From positions 1 through 24,421 of the forward strand of contig CAZKED010000019.1 of NCBI GenBank assembly GCA_964551725.1: a stretch of 24,421 nt of DNA, in the 5' to 3' direction. The notes beneath the pieces were generated by a model, which did no database searches, was not told where the DNA came from, and saw nothing but the letters and a program-made list of their open reading frames with translations. Source of the DNA: an uncultured archaeon (lineage in GTDB: Archaea > Iainarchaeota > Iainarchaeia > Iainarchaeales > DTGL01). A program made the translations under genes and the position numbers. Positions 24,202-24,421 of the stretch are shown one piece after another; position 1 is the stretch's first letter; every line of letters starts with the position of its first letter.

Positions 24202-24421
24202 TTGGCAGATGGTTTTTCTTTAATGGCGGCACTACTCTTCGTTCTAGTTTTGCCGCTGGGAATATTTTTGGTGGTTCTATTGCTTGCATCCATAAGGGTT
24301 CTGAAGGAATGGCAGCGGGGCGTAGTGCTGACACTTGGCAGGTTTTCCGGGGTGAGGAATCCCGGACTGAATTTCATTATTCCAGTACTGCAGAAAATGA
24401 TCTATGTTGACATGCGCATAA
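24202..24421 (+). CDS. Stomatin/SPFH (band 7) protein, 5' part, runs off the window
   Basis: Own translation: TTG 24202 (or ATG 24223), TM helix, then SIRVLKEWQRGVVLTLGRFSGVRNPGLNFIIPVLQKMIYVDMRI, the typical stomatin N-terminal pattern. Absent from ORF track. Confidence 0.92.
   Translation, partial: MADGFSLMAALLFVLVLPLGIFLVVLLLASIRVLKEWQRGVVLTLGRFSGVRNPGLNFIIPVLQKMIYVDMRI

Noticed and set aside
23984-24421. ORF-track calls 23984-24334(-) and 24144-24410(+), and a minus-strand open frame 24277-24421
   Set aside because: All overlap the clearly recognisable stomatin frame starting at 24202.

Overview
A gene-dense archaeal chromosome segment read with the standard code (TAA/TAG/TGA all used as stops). 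TATA-box promoters, GGTGA-type Shine-Dalgarno sites, CCA-less tRNAs, a Cdc6-like ATPase and a DUF4258/DUF2283 pair point to an archaeon; a DPANN lineage such as Iainarchaeota/Diapherotrites is my inference, not proven. It holds three minus-strand tRNAs (Leu-GAG, Ser-GGA, Ser-TGA) and housekeeping or repair genes: HIT hydrolase, HD nucleotidase, PALP enzyme, transcarbamylase, single-chain guaA, nnr, six-hairpin glycosidase, hppA, free B3/B4 domain, MBL hydrolase, Cdc6-like ATPase, scpB, endonuclease IV-like, FNR-like and a truncated stomatin. Unexplained structure: (1) a perfectly identical 46-bp hairpin element directly after both, otherwise diverged, tRNA-Ser genes, plus a decayed tandem copy at a 46-bp offset; (2) two unannotated intergenic stem-loop units, each between a TATA box and a U-rich tract, sharing a UUAU(U)AC...UUCCC motif (candidate sRNA family); (3) several orphan or divergent enzymes with very Arg/Lys-rich terminal extensions; (4) three operator-like palindromes upstream of a wHTH gene. 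No integrase, transposase or CRISPR array is visible. All calls are by eye; no searches were run.
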